DNA of 34,052 bases from a virus. Location: UHGV virus genome UHGV-0211747; one strand, written 5' to 3'. A program made the position numbers and the translations under genes. The first letter of the stretch is position 1. Each line of letters opens with the position of its first letter. Positions 34,037 to 34,052 of this stretch are shown here, one piece after another. Under the pieces are notes generated by a model. That model saw nothing but the letters and a program-made list of their open reading frames with translations. It searched no databases and had not been told where the DNA came from.

Positions 34037-34052
34037 ACAGATGCTTTAGCAC
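34023..34052 (-). CDS. 3' part of junction-spanning small protein (VLKHLFKKE-stop)
   Basis: In-frame continuation of ORF 147-1, TGA at 34025-34023. Confidence 0.7.
   Translation of the reverse strand: MLKHLFKKE

Larger units (their letters stand above)
1..34052. mobile_element. Complete temperate siphophage genome, circular/excised form
   Basis: Full lysogeny, replication, packaging, head, tail and lysis modules; no host genes; intact attP internal; ORF continuous across window ends. Confidence 0.9.

Overview
The window appears to be the complete, circular (excised) genome of a 34,052-bp temperate siphovirus of a Firmicutes host (Clostridia-like SD sequences and sigma-A promoters; host assignment is inference). 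Two features support circularity. A 58-aa minus-strand ORF reads in frame across the 1/34052 junction. An intact attP (3' half of tRNA-Thr(CGT) flanked by two pairs of arm repeats) has phage genes on both sides. Lysogeny genes: CI/ImmR-like repressor, convergent ImmA/IrrE peptidase, Ltp lipoprotein, tyrosine integrase, and an XRE + Zn-ribbon pair. The minus-strand lytic arm runs from early regulators and Xis through SMC-like ATPase/RecT/MBL nuclease/SSB, a DnaD-type initiator and a RinA/ArpU-like activator. It continues with terminase, portal, minor capsid, scaffold, capsid, A118-like head-tail and tail genes, holin and a three-domain endolysin. Most notable: (1) a minor capsid protein with a toxin-like C-terminal extension, a promoter hidden in its linker codons, a candidate immunity gene and three variable-arm palindromes; (2) a repressor whose only plausible start codon is ACG; (3) an XRE-type HTH inserted in the integrase; (4) a tRNA-like RNA with a shrunken anticodon loop in the late leader; (5) several small antisense transcription units, including a 12-codon ORF. 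All product calls come from motif recognition by eye; no searches were run.
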